DNA of 52,247 nt, taken from NCBI RefSeq assembly GCF_001194135.2, contig NC_068989.1, forward strand, positions 32,110,044 through 32,162,290, read 5' to 3'. The notes beneath the pieces are model-generated. The model saw only the letters and a program-made list of their open reading frames with translations. It had not been told where the DNA came from and made no database searches. A program made the translations under genes and the position numbers. Positions within the stretch are counted from its first letter, which is position 1, and the number at the start of each line of letters is the position of its first letter. The DNA is from Octopus bimaculoides. Its lineage: Eukaryota. Shown here piece by piece: positions 36,433-49,286 of the stretch.

Positions 36433-37617
36433 GACAAAGGTAAGTCAAAAATTATCTGCACTTTCATGAAAACTTTCTTTAGGCTAGCCACGCTGCCTTC
36501 AGCACTCATGTGCTAAAAGATGGTACTCTTTTGATTACATTACCCAGGTTTGACCTTTGATTGCTCCAGTTTTCTGATGTTACAAAGTAAACATGGCCAG
36601 TGATTCAATTTCTCTGGTCTGAAGATGCATCAGTGACTGAAATTCACTGCAGGTTTTCGGTACAATATGGGAATAGTGCTCTACCACATAGAAATGTGTA
36701 TGGATCAAGAAGTTTAGAAATGGCCAAAGAAGCATGACGCATGAAGAAGTGGGGGTGCAAGATGCCCATCAACCTCCACCACTGATGTGAAACTGGAGAG
36801 ATAGTTTTGGCAAACCAACAAGTGACCATCTATGATGTGGCATATTCTCTGCAAATTAGTCATGGTTCTGTATACAAAACCATCCATGACAAGTTTTCCT
36901 TTTGTGAAGATCTTGCAAGATGTGTACCTAGAGAGTTTACTGAAGCCCATATGTACAATTGTATGGAGATCTGTCAACACTTATTCAACCGCTATACTGA
37001 TGAAGGTGAAGTTTCTTTGAAGAGAATAGACACTGGCAATGAGATCTGGACCCACTACTCTGAGCAAAAATTCAAAAGGCAGAGTATGATGTGGAAACAC
37101 CCAGAATTGCCAGCATAAAAGAAATTAAAGACCCAACCTTCTGCAGAATAAGTGGTGCTAACCATTTTTGGGCTGCAAAAGGGCCTATATTGGAACATTA
37201 CCTGGAAAAGGGACCTACAGTCACTAATGTAGGCTATAGTGAAAGGCTGGTCATCAAACTGAAACCAGCAATTCACACCAAATGCCAAGGTCTATTGTCA
37301 AAGCAAATGCTGCACAATAATACACCTTGTGCCCTGCATGCAGTCCATATCTCATCCCTTCTGTCTATCGCCTCTTTGGACTGCTCAAACCTCTTTTGCG
37401 AGGTTGTCAATTTGTTATAGATGAAGAAGTGCAGGAAGCAGTGCATAAATGGCTGTGTGGCCAGCCAAAAACCTTCGATGGGATAAGTAAGCTTGTGGAC
37501 CACTAGAAGAAGTGCATTGAAAAGAGACTATGTCAGAAATGAGGCAACTCAACTTTTGTTTTTGTTTGAATAAATTACAGAAACAAGGCTTTGTATAATA
37601 TTTAACTTACCATTGTA
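36433..37617 (+). mobile_element. Full-length mariner (Tc1/mariner) relic with TIRs; transposase pseudogene
   Basis: HGSVYKTIHD..ARCVPREFT..RIDTGNEIW..KRQSMMWKH; GPILEHYLEKG; RLFGLLK. Termini gacaaaggtaagtcaaaaattat and the reverse complement of ataatatttaacttaccattgta match at 19/23. Confidence 0.9.
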
Positions 37618-38590
37618 TGTATGTATTCAGTCTTATTTAAACATTTCTTGCCAATAGAGAAAGAACTGGTTTCTAACCTTGACCTAAGGCTCCTTCATTG
37701 AAATTTCAACATCAGGAGGGTATTTTTGCCTGTATGTGTGTATATGTGCAGATTTGTATGTTTTGCTTTATGTATTCTTATGCATATGGTTGCCTGTTTA
37801 GACATGTGCATGTATACTTAAATGATAAACTTCCGGAAAGTTTTACAGTTCCAGTGCTGGCTAGGATCTGTAGTCTTTGAATCAGCTTTCTCCTTTTAGG
37901 TTTTGAGAAGCCTGATTTCTTAAGAGTGGTATTTACTCAGTGTTACATATCCCAGTAACCCCATAATTACAGGTACAAACCTGGACTTGTAATCTGGGTA
38001 GAGTAACTCGATTTGTCAATAGTTCAGCAAAGGTATTTTCCTTTTCACTGACATTTAGCTGCATATTCACATCTGCTGGGCAGCTGATTTCTACTACAGG
38101 ACACAGTTTCTCATCTTTGTTCCAAATCATTATATCAGGTCTATTATGTTTACATTTTACTGAGGTTTTCACTGACACATTCTATCATTCTTATTATGAG
38201 TGGTTATGGCCTCTTCTATACTGTGGGCTTTTATTCCTTAGGCCTTAGGGTTACCATTTTGAAGGATCTCATAGTGCAGTGCCCTGGCTACAGCACCATG
38301 TCTTGTAGTTAGATAATACTCATGACATTTTTGAACAACTGCTTATGATGTAGGTGATGTCTTCAGTGTCAACTCCACAAAGTCTGCTTCGCTTATCACA
38401 TTTTGGTGCTTCCCCTGCATCTTTGTCCCTTTTGTGCATCAGATATTTCGTTGATATTTCTTGTTCTGGGATTGCAAACACACAACCTTCAAAGTGAAAG
38501 TTAGTAGTCTAGTTGTTGGTCCATGATAGATGGCTTTGATTATCATTGTTACTATCATCCTGGATCTTTCTGCTAACATATCTATGCATG
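37618..38590 (-). mobile_element. R4/Dong-like (RLE) LINE 3' fragment: Zn knuckle + PD-(D/E)xK-type nuclease + 3' UTR
   Basis: RLCGVDTEDITYIISSC; KHNRPDIMIWNKDEKLCPVVEISCP; homologous over its whole length to 46325-47295. Confidence 0.85.
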
Positions 38591-38609
38591 TTTTATGTAT
38601 GTATTATGG

Positions 38610-39390
38610 ATTTGCATTTATCTTCGCTAACCGACCCCTCCCCTCCTTCAAATGAGCCCACAACCTACGAGACCTCTTGTTCCACAGCTTCTTCCCTAAC
38701 CCACACTCCCAACCCAGCTCGTTCCCCTGCTCCTTCCCACGCTGCCACATTTGCCTATACCTCTCCAGCACCACCCTCCTCACCAGCACCCATCATCGAC
38801 CCTATCATATCACCGACTCCTCCATCTGCACTTCTAACAATGTCATCTACTGCATCCCTTGCTCTCTTTGCCCTTTTCTATACATCGGGCAAGCAGGACA
38901 CCACTTGGCTGACTGGTTTGCGGAACACCTCTGAGACATCTGACTCGGCACACCCCACCCTTGCTTTCCCCACTCTCCTCTCACCTATATCACAACACCA
39001 CCAAACAACACACTACCAAACAACACACCACCATACCACACAACACAATATCACATCACACCACCACTCACACACTAGCACTGACCACTTCCCAGCACCC
39101 ACACCATCATCCGCACGCCTACACATGCACACGTCAAGCTCACCAGCCCTCTTCTACATGCACATACATGATCTCTTATACACACATACGCGCACCTTCG
39201 TTATGGGATCACCACTACTTTATCTCCCCTTCCTAGCTCTCTAGATCGCGAGCAACTACACATTCTTTATTTTCTCACCCTGTTTCTTTCTGTGTTCATT
39301 TCTATGATAGAGCGTAGGCTTGAAATGTTAAAGACTTTTTCACTTCCCAAGCATTAGACTAATACATCTGTTTGTTGTCTACACCACCTG
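38610..39390 (+). mobile_element. Penelope-like element 3' end (Neptune-like Cys linker + GIY-YIG) with a terminal hammerhead remnant
   Basis: PLPSFK*AHNLRDLL; CSFPRCHIC; CTSNNVIYCIPCSLCPFLYIGQ..FAEHL; GAGC-GTAG-GCTT-GAAA at 39310-39325. Confidence 0.82.
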
Positions 39391-39414
39391 TTTTTTTTTT
39401 TTTTTGTGAATTCT

Positions 39415-39417
<3 letters not shown>

Positions 39418-39455
<38 letters not shown>

Positions 39456-39691
39456 CATAAATATACATATGTATATGTATATATATATATGTATATATAT
39501 CTATATATATACACATAAATATACATATGTATATGTATATATATGCGTATATATATGAGTATATATATGTATACATGTATATATATATACATATATATAT
39601 ATACATGCATATGTGTATGTATATATATATATATATACATGTATATATATACATATATATATATGTACATATATATATATATACATGTATA
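39418..39691. repeat. Compound (TA)n/(TACA)n microsatellite
   Basis: Direct inspection. Confidence 0.95.
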
Positions 39692-39790
39692 NNNNNNNNN
39701 NNNNNNNNNNNNNNNNNNNNNNNNNNNNNNNNNNNNNNNNNNNNNNNNNNNNNNNNNNNNNNNNNNNNNNNNNNNNNNNNNNNNNNNNNN

Positions 39791-41285
39791 NAAAGCAATT
39801 AAGAGTATGAAGACAGGGAAAGCCTCCGGCCCATCAGGAATGACTGCAGAGATGCTCAAAATATCTAGCAGTGTTGGCTATATCCTAGTCACCCGTATAG
39901 TTAACCAGGTGATACAAGAAGGAGTCATACCCAATGACTGGTGTAGCACCATCATAGTCAACTGCTATAAAGGTAAAGGTGACGCTTTAGATACAAATAA
40001 TTACAGAGGTATCAAGTTGTTGAATCAGGTAATGAAAGTCACGGAGAGGGTCATAGCCCAACTAATTAGGGAGAGTGTCAATTTAGATGAGATGCAGTTT
40101 GGGTTTGTGCCAGGGAAATGCACCACTGATACTATATTTCTGGTAAGACAGCTGCAGGAGAAATACCTAGCCAAAGATAAACCTCTGTACTTGGCTTTCG
40201 TTGACATGGAGAAAGCCTTTGACAGGGTCCCCCATCCCTTACCTGGTGGTCAATGAGGAAACTAGGGATAGAAGAATGGTTAGTGAGAGCTGTGTGAGCC
40301 ATGTACAGAGACGCTGTCAGTAAGGTGAGGGTTGGCAACGAGTACAGTGAAGAATTCCGGGTAGATGTAGGGGTCCACCAAGGTTCAGTCCTCAGCTCCC
40401 TCCTATTTATCATAATCCTCCAGGCAATAACACAGGAATTCAAGACAGGAAGCCCCAGGGAGCTCCTCTATGATGATGACATTGCACTAATTGCTTTGTC
40501 ACTATCAGAACTAGAGAAGTTTCAGGTGTGGAAGCAAGGACTACAATCGAAGAGCCTTAGAGTCAACCTAGCTAAAACCAAAGTCCTAATAAGTACGAAG
40601 GTAGACAAAACACAAACCCCTTCAGGTAGATGGCCCTGCTCAATCTGTAGAAAAGGCGTAGGTAGAAACTCCATAAGATGTATCCAGTGAAAGCTATGGA
40701 CACAAAAGAGGTGCAGCAATATCAAAGGAAGGTTAACTAGGAATTTAGTTTTTGTATGTGGCAGACGTTCAGGAGCAAAAAGCACTGAAAATCTGCAGAA
40801 AACAACTTCTGCCACATTCCATAGAGAAAAACTAGTCGTAGTTGATAGCTTCCGCTATCTAGGTGACCAAGTTAGTAGTGGGGGAGGGTGCGCTGAAAGT
40901 GTGGCTGCTAGAATAAGAATAGCCTGGGCAAAGTTCAGAGAGCTCTTACCTCTGCTGGTGACAAGGGGCCTCTCACTCAGAGTAAAAGGCAGACTGTATG
41001 ATGCATGTGTACGAACAGCCATGCTTCAAGGCAGTGAAACATGGGCCGTGACTGCTGAGAACATGCGTAAGCTCGCAAGGAATGAAGCCAGTGTGCTCTG
41101 CTGGATGTGTAATGTCAGTGTGCATACTCGACAGAGTGTAAGTACCTTGAGAGAAAAGTTGAACCTAAGAAGCATCAGTTGTGGTGCACAAGAGAGACGA
41201 TTGCGCTGGTATGATTATGTGGCAAGAATGGATGAGGATAGCTGTGTGAAAAAGTGTCACACACTAGTGGTTGAGAGAACCTGTG
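39791..41285 (+). mobile_element. RTE-clade LINE, RT domain and downstream region (stops/frameshifts)
   Basis: KTGKASGPSG..NYRGIKLL..QFGFVPGK..LAFVDMEKAFDRVP; GVHQGSVLSSLLF; LLYDDDIAL; KGRLYDACVRTAML.GSETW. Confidence 0.95.
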
Positions 41286-41886
41286 GAATTAAATACNNNN
41301 NNNNNNNNNNNNNNNNNNNNNNNNNNNNNNNNNNNNNNNNNNNNNNNNNNNNNNNNNNNNNNNNNNNNNNNNNNNNNNNNNNNNNNNNNNNNNNNNNNNN
41401 NNNNNNNNNNNNNNNNNNNNNNNNNNNNNNNNNNNNNNNNNNNNNNNNNNNNNNNNNNNNNNNNNNNNNNNNNNNNNNNNNNNNNNNNNNNNNNNNNNNN
41501 NNNNNNNNNNNNNNNNNNNNNNNNNNNNNNNNNNNNNNNNNNNNNNNNNNNNNNNNNNNNNNNNNNNNNNNNNNNNNNNNNNNNNNNNNNNNNNNNNNNN
41601 NNNNNNNNNNNNNNNNNNNNNNNNNNNNNNNNNNNNNNNNNNNNNNNNNNNNNNNNNNNNNNNNNNNNNNNNNNNNNNNNNNNNNNNNNNNNNNNNNNNN
41701 NNNNNNNNNNNNNNNNNNNNNNNNNNNNNNNNNNNNNNNNNNNNNNNNNNNNNNNNNNNNNNNNNNNNNNNNNNNNNNNNNNNNNNNNNNNNNNNNNNNN
41801 NNNNNNNNNNNNNNNNNNNNNNNNNNNNNNNNNNNNNNNNNNNNNNNNNNNNNNNNNNNNNNNNNNNNNNNNNNNNNNNNNNNNNN

Positions 41887-44835
41887 NCCTGCTGCTAATG
41901 AGAAAGAAAAATATAAGGAGTTTGAAAACAAGAGGTATGTCAAGCTCTTTATAAAATGACAGGCTCTACAGTGGAGAAACTGGGAAAATTAACAAGCTCA
42001 ATTTACGATACAAGGAAGGAATTGTTTGGAATGAAAGAGAACATCTGATTAGCGAAAGGAAAGTGTAGACCAAACAGGAGGATCAGGAAAATGAAACAGT
42101 TGAGGAAGGAAAAGACCAGCCTAAGAAAGCGGTGGAAATGTGCTGCAGAAGATGACAAACCTGGCCTCGCACTGCTGTATAACGATTTGAAAAGGAAATG
42201 TCGTTATGTGCAACGACATCTCCGCCGATATGAGCATCGAAAGGAAAGTAAAAGGACTCGGGGGCAGTTTCTGAAGGACCCATACATGTTTACTAAGAAG
42301 CTGTTCACTGAACCTAAGAGTGGCACATAATCATGCACGAAAGAAGAATTGGATGCTCATGTCAATGAAACCTACAGTGATCCACACCGTAACCAGCCAC
42401 TGCCACCTCTACATGGGCTAAAGCATCTCTTAGAAATTGATATCAAATTCCAAATTGAGGACATCAGGGAGAAAGAGGTGAATGATTTCGTAAGAAAAGC
42501 CAGAGCAAAAAGTGCCCCAGGCAGTGATGGCATCTCGTATAAAGTTTACAAATATTGCAATCGTCTGCGAAAGAAACTCTTTGTCCTACTCCGACAGCTG
42601 TGGTACAAAGAGACTCTAGTAGAGGATTGGTGTGAGGCAGAAGGTATATACCTGCCGAAGGAGGCCAATGCAGAGACTATAAAACAGTTTAGGCTGATAT
42701 CCTTATTCAATGTGGAAGGCATATTTACAGAGTAATGGAAATGTTGATGAATCTGTTCAAAAGGTCAGAATCCCTGGGATCCCTGGATGTGTTGAACACT
42801 GTTTTTCAATTTGGAAAATGATCCAGAATGCCAAAGAGAACAAGAGAAGTCTGAATGTGATATGGCTTGACCTAGCTAATGCATATGGCTCAGTGTCACA
42901 CGAATTACTAATGAGAGCCATGGACCACTTCCACATTCCAGACAAAGTGACCAAAATAATGAGGATGTGTTATAACAGTTTTGAGATGAGGTTTACAGCT
43001 GGAGATTTTACAACAGATTGGCACCGATTGGAGAGTGGCATTGCTGCTGGCTATACAATATCTGTCACATGGTTTATCTTAGTCGTGGAGATGATTTTCA
43101 AAGCCGTGGATTTTTCAGAACAAATCGCTCATGTACAATCGCCTAAGAAAGCCTTCATGGATGACGTGACACTTCTATCTACAGACAAGCAAATCATGCA
43201 GAATGCCCTCTTGAAACTAGACAAACTTGTGAGGTGGTCAAGGATGCGGTTTAGAGCAGAAAGTCACGTAGTCTGACATTTGTTAAGGGAGTGCAGAAAG
43301 AATTAAAATTTCAAATAGCTGAAGAAAGCATTCCAACAGTTAAAAAAGAATCTGTCAAAAGCTTGGGGCAAGTATATACTGGAACATAATCAGATAGAAG
43401 TCACGGGATGGAAATTATGAAACAAGCCGAGGCTGGATTATCAGCGATTGATAACTCAAAGTTACCAGGTAACTATAAAATTTGGTGCTTGCAGTTCGGT
43501 TTGTTCCCGCGACTTTCGTGGCCACTTCTAATATATGAGGTAGCCTTGTCATGAGTTCAGATCATTGAACAAAAATGTAATGTGTTCATTAGAAAGTGGC
43601 TAGGCCTACCTCGGATGTTGAACAGTTCAGCTCTTCATCGTAAAAGAGGTTCGTTGCAGTTACCACTAGCGTCAATAGTCGAAATATACAAACTAGGGAA
43701 GATACGGACGGTGATGATGCTGAGAGAATCAAAGGATACGGAAATCAGGCATAACCCACCAGAGGTGAAAACAGCCAGGAAGTGGAAAGCAGAAGCAGAG
43801 ACTGATGACATCTTGTCTTCTCTTATACACAGAGATATGGTGGGTGCAACACAGAACCATCGGAGAGGACTTGGTTTTGGCGCAAATCAGTTCAGACCGT
43901 TTGCAAGTATGATGCAGAGCGAACGCAGATCTGCTGTTAGCAACAGCGTCAAAACAAGAGAAGCAGAGAGAAGAGAGCTTCATTTGATCCGATGTAGTCA
44001 ACAAGGACAGATGACGAGATGGGAGGAACATGTTATTGAGAGAAAAATAAGTTGGAATGAGATATGGAGGTGGACCACATCTTGGCTAAGTTTTCTGATT
44101 TGTTCATTCTATGGTGTTTCGCCATCACCTACAAATTTAGTAAGTCTCAGAGAATGATATATGCAAATGCGGAAAGGTTGGAACACTGAAACATATTCTT
44201 TCCAACTGTTCATTAGCATTGAACAGGCATACATGGAGACACAGCCTGGTCCTTAAGGTTATCTTCAATGCTATAAAAAACCAAATTGATCTCAACAACA
44301 GTGAGAAAAACTGTTGAAAGTACCAACTAGAGATTTTATTACCTTTGTGCGCTCAGGACAGCGGATCCGTTTCAAGAAGAACAACAACAATCTTCCTGCG
44401 AGCGATGAAAAGTGGAACAGCTATTGGGAGGTGACTGCAGATTTATCAGGGTGCCAGGGACTCTCTTTCATCCCAGTTACAAAAAAAAAAAACCCCGGAC
44501 ATTTTAATGTGGTGTGAAGGAAAGAAAGTTGTGAATCTAGTCAAGTTAATGGTTCCTCATGAAGATAACATGGACACCGTTTGGGCTCAAAAGATTGACC
44601 GTTATGTAAACCTCCTTGAAGAATGTGAAGATGCAGGCTGGAAAGCAGAGCATTTTCCAATCGAAGTTGGATGTAGATGGTTTGTTGGACACAGTGTGAG
44701 ATGAATGTTGTTATCGTTAGGCCTAAATCATCATAAAGTAAATACCACCATGACTGATATCCAAACTACAGTGAAGAAGGCTAGCCACTGGATTTGGTTA
44801 AAAAGAGATGATGAGCGATGGCTAGAGGAATATTG
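41887..44835 (+). mobile_element. Hero-like (R2 superfamily, RLE) non-LTR retrotransposon, decayed; 5' end hidden by a gap
   Basis: FLKDPYMFTKKLF; KARAKSAPGSDG; WLDLANAYGSVSH; KAFMDDV; CKCGKVGTLKHILSNC..RHTWRH; LMVPHED..IEVGCR..KASHWIWLKR. Confidence 0.88.
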
Positions 44836-45033
44836 AGCTATATTTGATAACCAGTTGATCTAGCAAGCAGGGCCTCATATAAGTGAGGTGGGGGTGCACA
44901 TTAATGACATTGAGAGGTAGGCCTCAAAACGACACGCATTCTCTCCTGATGATCCCATACACTTGCTGGCTTCCAGTATGCAGAGTTCTCAACTGGTAGC
45001 ACTTGCAGGTGCAAGTTGTTTGCAAAACATCAT

Positions 45034-45035
<2 letters not shown>

Positions 45036-45088
<53 letters not shown>
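45036..45088. repeat. (TG)n microsatellite
   Basis: Direct inspection. Confidence 0.95.
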
Positions 45089-45090
<2 letters not shown>

Positions 45091-45275
45091 TATGGTAACT
45101 TTCTGAAACCTGGATAATTTGTTAATAAAATTTTCTACATTTACTTCTCAGATGGTGTAGATTAGCATTCTCCTCTCTCTTTTAGATAAACTCAAAGGTA
45201 GCCGGTTCTCAATGTGGTTGTTTAGTATGCTAGAAATAGCAGTTATTAAGCATAAAAAAGAGCCACTATTCTGAT

Positions 45276-45325
45276 CTCCTAGTATACTGCAAAGGGGCAA
45301 AAAGTCCTTTGCAGTATACTAGGAG
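45276..45325. repeat. Perfect 20-bp hairpin with a 10-nt loop
   Basis: ctcctagtatactgcaaagg-ggcaaaaagt-cctttgcagtatactaggag. Confidence 0.95.
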
Positions 45326-46324
45326 CCAAGATTAGATGATAGCATATGAAAAAAAAATGAGGGGAAAAAATATAACTCGGAGGTGAGAGGAGGATTCCGA
45401 GGGCTCACCCCACTCTGATTTCAGTGGGAAAAAGTCTTTGCGGTATATTAGATGAGATTACTTGATAGCACAAGAAAAAAGAAAAACGAGGAAAAACATT
45501 ATTTCTCACCAAAATCGAGTTGGGTGTTGTTAAACTATAAATTTAAACTACATCTAAACTACGCCTTTTAAAAATATTCTGGCAAAATCGGAAAGAAATT
45601 TAACAAGACCCAAAAGAAACTTTTATTTGTAGCATGTTGTTACGCTAAAGGAGATATACATAAAATGCAAATTGATAATAATTATTAATTGGAATTTTTC
45701 AGAAGCTAATTATATAATTACTGATTGTTTTTTTTCTATAGTCCTGTCTGTGTTGCAAGAATTTTGTTCCTTAGCTATATGTTTCTGGATTTAGCATCAG
45801 TATGTGACACCAAATGTTTACTACTATAGCCCCTGGTGTGTATGGGTGAGTGTGTGTATGTGTGTGTATGTGTGTGTGTGTGCATGTGTGCGTATGTGTG
45901 CATGTGTGTGTGTGTGTGTATGTGTGTGTGTGTGTGTGTAGTTGAGTGTTTATGCTTATCTGAAACCTGAATGGGTGCCACTGCAAAGAGATTTTCTCTT
46001 TTGAACAAGAGACAAGAAATTTTATCTCACCTCTCCCATCTTTCTCTCTCCCACTATACATGCACACACATACACACACACGTATGTGTGTGTATACAAT
46101 TCCCCACAAAATAAAAATACACATACATACAATCATACACATAAATACAAAGACTGCAACGAAACCACTATCAAAAATAATTGAACTTTTAACATTTAAC
46201 CATTGTAGCCAAAATACTCAGTACTGAATTCTTTTACACATACTCATCTATTTAACCATTTGCTTTTATCATTTTAAAAATATTTTTTGCTTTCTTTAAT
46301 ACATACATACATACATATTAATAT

Positions 46325-47295
46325 ATGCATGGACATGTCAGTAGAAAGCTCCATGATGATAGTAACATCGATCATCAAAACAGTTTATCATGGACCAACA
46401 ACCAGATTACTACCTCCCACATTGAGGGTATGTGTCTGCAATCCAGGAACAGGAAATATCAACCAAGTACCTGATGAACAAAAGGGATAGAGATGCAGGA
46501 AAAGCCGTAAAATGTGACAACTGATGCAGACTTTGTGGATTTCACACTGACGATATCACATACATCATAAGCAGTTGTCCAAAAATGTCATCACAGTATT
46601 ATCTACCAATGAGACATGATGTTGTAGCTAGGACACTCTATAATGAAATTCATCGGAAGGATAATCTTGAGGACAAAAAAATCAGAACCCACAATAAAGT
46701 AGGCCATATCCACTCATAACAAAAAGGAATACAGGTGGAATGTACCAGTGAAGACCTCGATAAAATGTAAGCACAACGGACCTGATATAATGATTTGGGA
46801 TAGAGAAGAGAAACTCTGCACAGTTGTGGAAATTAGCTGCCCAGCGGATGTTAACATAAAGTTGAAGATCTATGCTGAACTATTGACAAATCTGCAGTTA
46901 TTCTATCCAGATTACAAGTCCAGGTTTATACCTGTAATTATTGGAGCCCAGTGATATGTAACACACTGCCTAAATACCAATCTTGAGAAATTAGGCTTCT
47001 CAAAACCAGAAAGGAAAAAACAAATTCAAAGACTACAGATCCAATCCATCACCAGAACTGTAAAAATCTGTAAAATTTCCAGAAGTTTATCATTTAAATA
47101 TATATGAGCATGTCTAGATATGCATGAGAATACATACATAAAACATACAAATCTGCACATACATACATACATACATACATACATACATACAGACAAACAA
47201 AAATACCCTGTTGTTGATGTTGAAATTCCAATAAAGGAACCTTGAAACCAGTTTTTTCTCTATTTGCAAGAAATCTTGAAATAAACTGAATAACT
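46325..47295 (+). mobile_element. R4/Dong-like (RLE) LINE 3' fragment, second copy
   Basis: CRLCGFHTDDITYIISSCPKM..RHDVVA (from 46525); HNGPDIMIWDREEKLCTVVEISCP; FIPVIIGA. Confidence 0.87.
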
Positions 47296-47893
47296 CTATT
47301 CTATACTCTATACGCCATCCTTCTCTAATTCCCTTTTTCTCCCCCTCCCTCATTCACTGCTTTCTATCTGCCTTCTCTTGCTCTTTCTCTCCCTCTTTCT
47401 CTTTTTCTCTCTCTCGTTGTTCACGTGACAATCATCCATCTTTCTTTTCCTGCATGGACGTTCAAATGACTGGACGTTTTTTCTCTCTCTTCTATCTTTT
47501 CTCTTTTCAAAGAAAGTATTTCTCCCAGCATTCACTATTTTCCTCTCGTTCTGGTCTAACGACCCTCCATGTTTAGTTTTGTTTGGTTTCTTTGTATGTC
47601 CCTACTGTCCAGTTTTTGTTCACAACTTTGACTTTCCATGAATCCTAAATTTTATTTTAGAATTTGTGGGAACAGCTGTCTTTGAAGACTCATATCGTTG
47701 TTGAATGCTCAAAAGGAAGAGTAGATAGACAGCCGATAACAGATGAAGGGTCGTTTCTCTGTGTTTACTTGTAGTTTCCATTTTTCCTCATTTGCATATT
47801 TAACTCATTTGTTTACGTATTTTATGTTGTTTGCCCAGTTACTGACGTCCTGTACCATTATATGCATATATACATACATACATACATACACAA

Positions 47894-47924
<31 letters not shown>

Positions 47925-47974
47925 AAATACACTTTATTGAAATAAAAAGTTTCCCCAAAATTAAACATATACAA

Positions 47975-48017
<43 letters not shown>

Positions 48018-49286
48018 TGAGTGTGTGTAATGGATCTTGCATGCATGAAGTGGATTCGATCCACTATAGCCAAATTTAAATCAACACTGCAACAGAACTT
48101 TTCCCACGGTGGAACGATAGTTTTTTTCTGACAGCAGTTTAATATTTTCCAGATGCCTTTAGCTAGGCCGAAACAATGTCTTCACCACTTGACCCTTTCT
48201 AACCTCTTCTACATCACCAAAATCTAGAATAAAAGATAACAAGACCACCAACTAAATCTATTGTTCTCAATTATATATCTATTCTTCTAGATAGTTATAA
48301 AAGCAAGGAAACCCCAAGCAAAATTTAGTTTAGTCACCAGTCGGTGATGACTCAACCAGTAGTAGTCACTTGGTGAAGACAGAGCGAAGAAGCTAGTGAC
48401 AACTCAATTAGTTAGTGAACGGACATCTAGAGATATAGTCACAAGCAGGCAGCCACTAAAGACAAAACGACCAGAAGGAGAAAGAAGGTTACAACCAGCC
48501 AACTATGAGCCACAACCTCCCACACTCTACAACTTTCACTAGCTCAATTTCTTTTCTCTGTAACATTACCATATCTCTGTCTATAGACTGCTACAAGATC
48601 GTGTACACGCATATACAGACCGAAATTAACTTTCTTTACCTTGCATGCTTTACGAACTGTGTTATACTATTACACTAACCTACCCGTCGTGGTATGGCAT
48701 TTATTAAAGTAACGATAAATAANNNNNNNNNNATGTATAATACACTATAGTGAAATAAAAACATTTCCCCAAGATTAAATATATTTATAGAAACTGACAC
48801 ACAAAACATATGCACACATATATACATACATAATCTCACGTACATAATCTCACAGACATGCAAATATTTTAACCAAACATCCCCATAAATACTCCCAAAC
48901 ATTTACATACAAACATACTCATTGACCCTTACATTAAAAATATGATAAATTTCTTCAAATTCAGCAGCTAACCCAAGCAGTCTTGAATGAATGGGTTTAC
49001 TTTTTGATATCTTGCGTCACTAAAGTATAGAAAGTATATTTTTTTCTTTTTTTGTTTTTGAAACACCATGTAGATTTTTTAAAAAGACTTCAGGGAGGCC
49101 ACCTTTATGAAATGTCGCAGTTTAAAATGTGGCCCTCTTGAGCACAGGGTCCCCTTCAGCGCAGGACCAGATTGGGAGCAATCGGTCAAACCAGCTTAAG
49201 GTTGGCCTTGTATACACACACACACATATATATATATGTATGTATGTATACATATATATGTGTGTATATAGATATATATCTCTGTA

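Noticed and set aside
38546-39244. 232-aa Pro/Ser/His-rich ORF as a host gene
   Set aside because: Alternative frame of the C-rich Penelope-like fragment.
48336-48395. gtgatga-ctc...gag-cgaag as another hammerhead
   Set aside because: Core mismatches on both sides, only a 3-bp stem, no stem I or III found.
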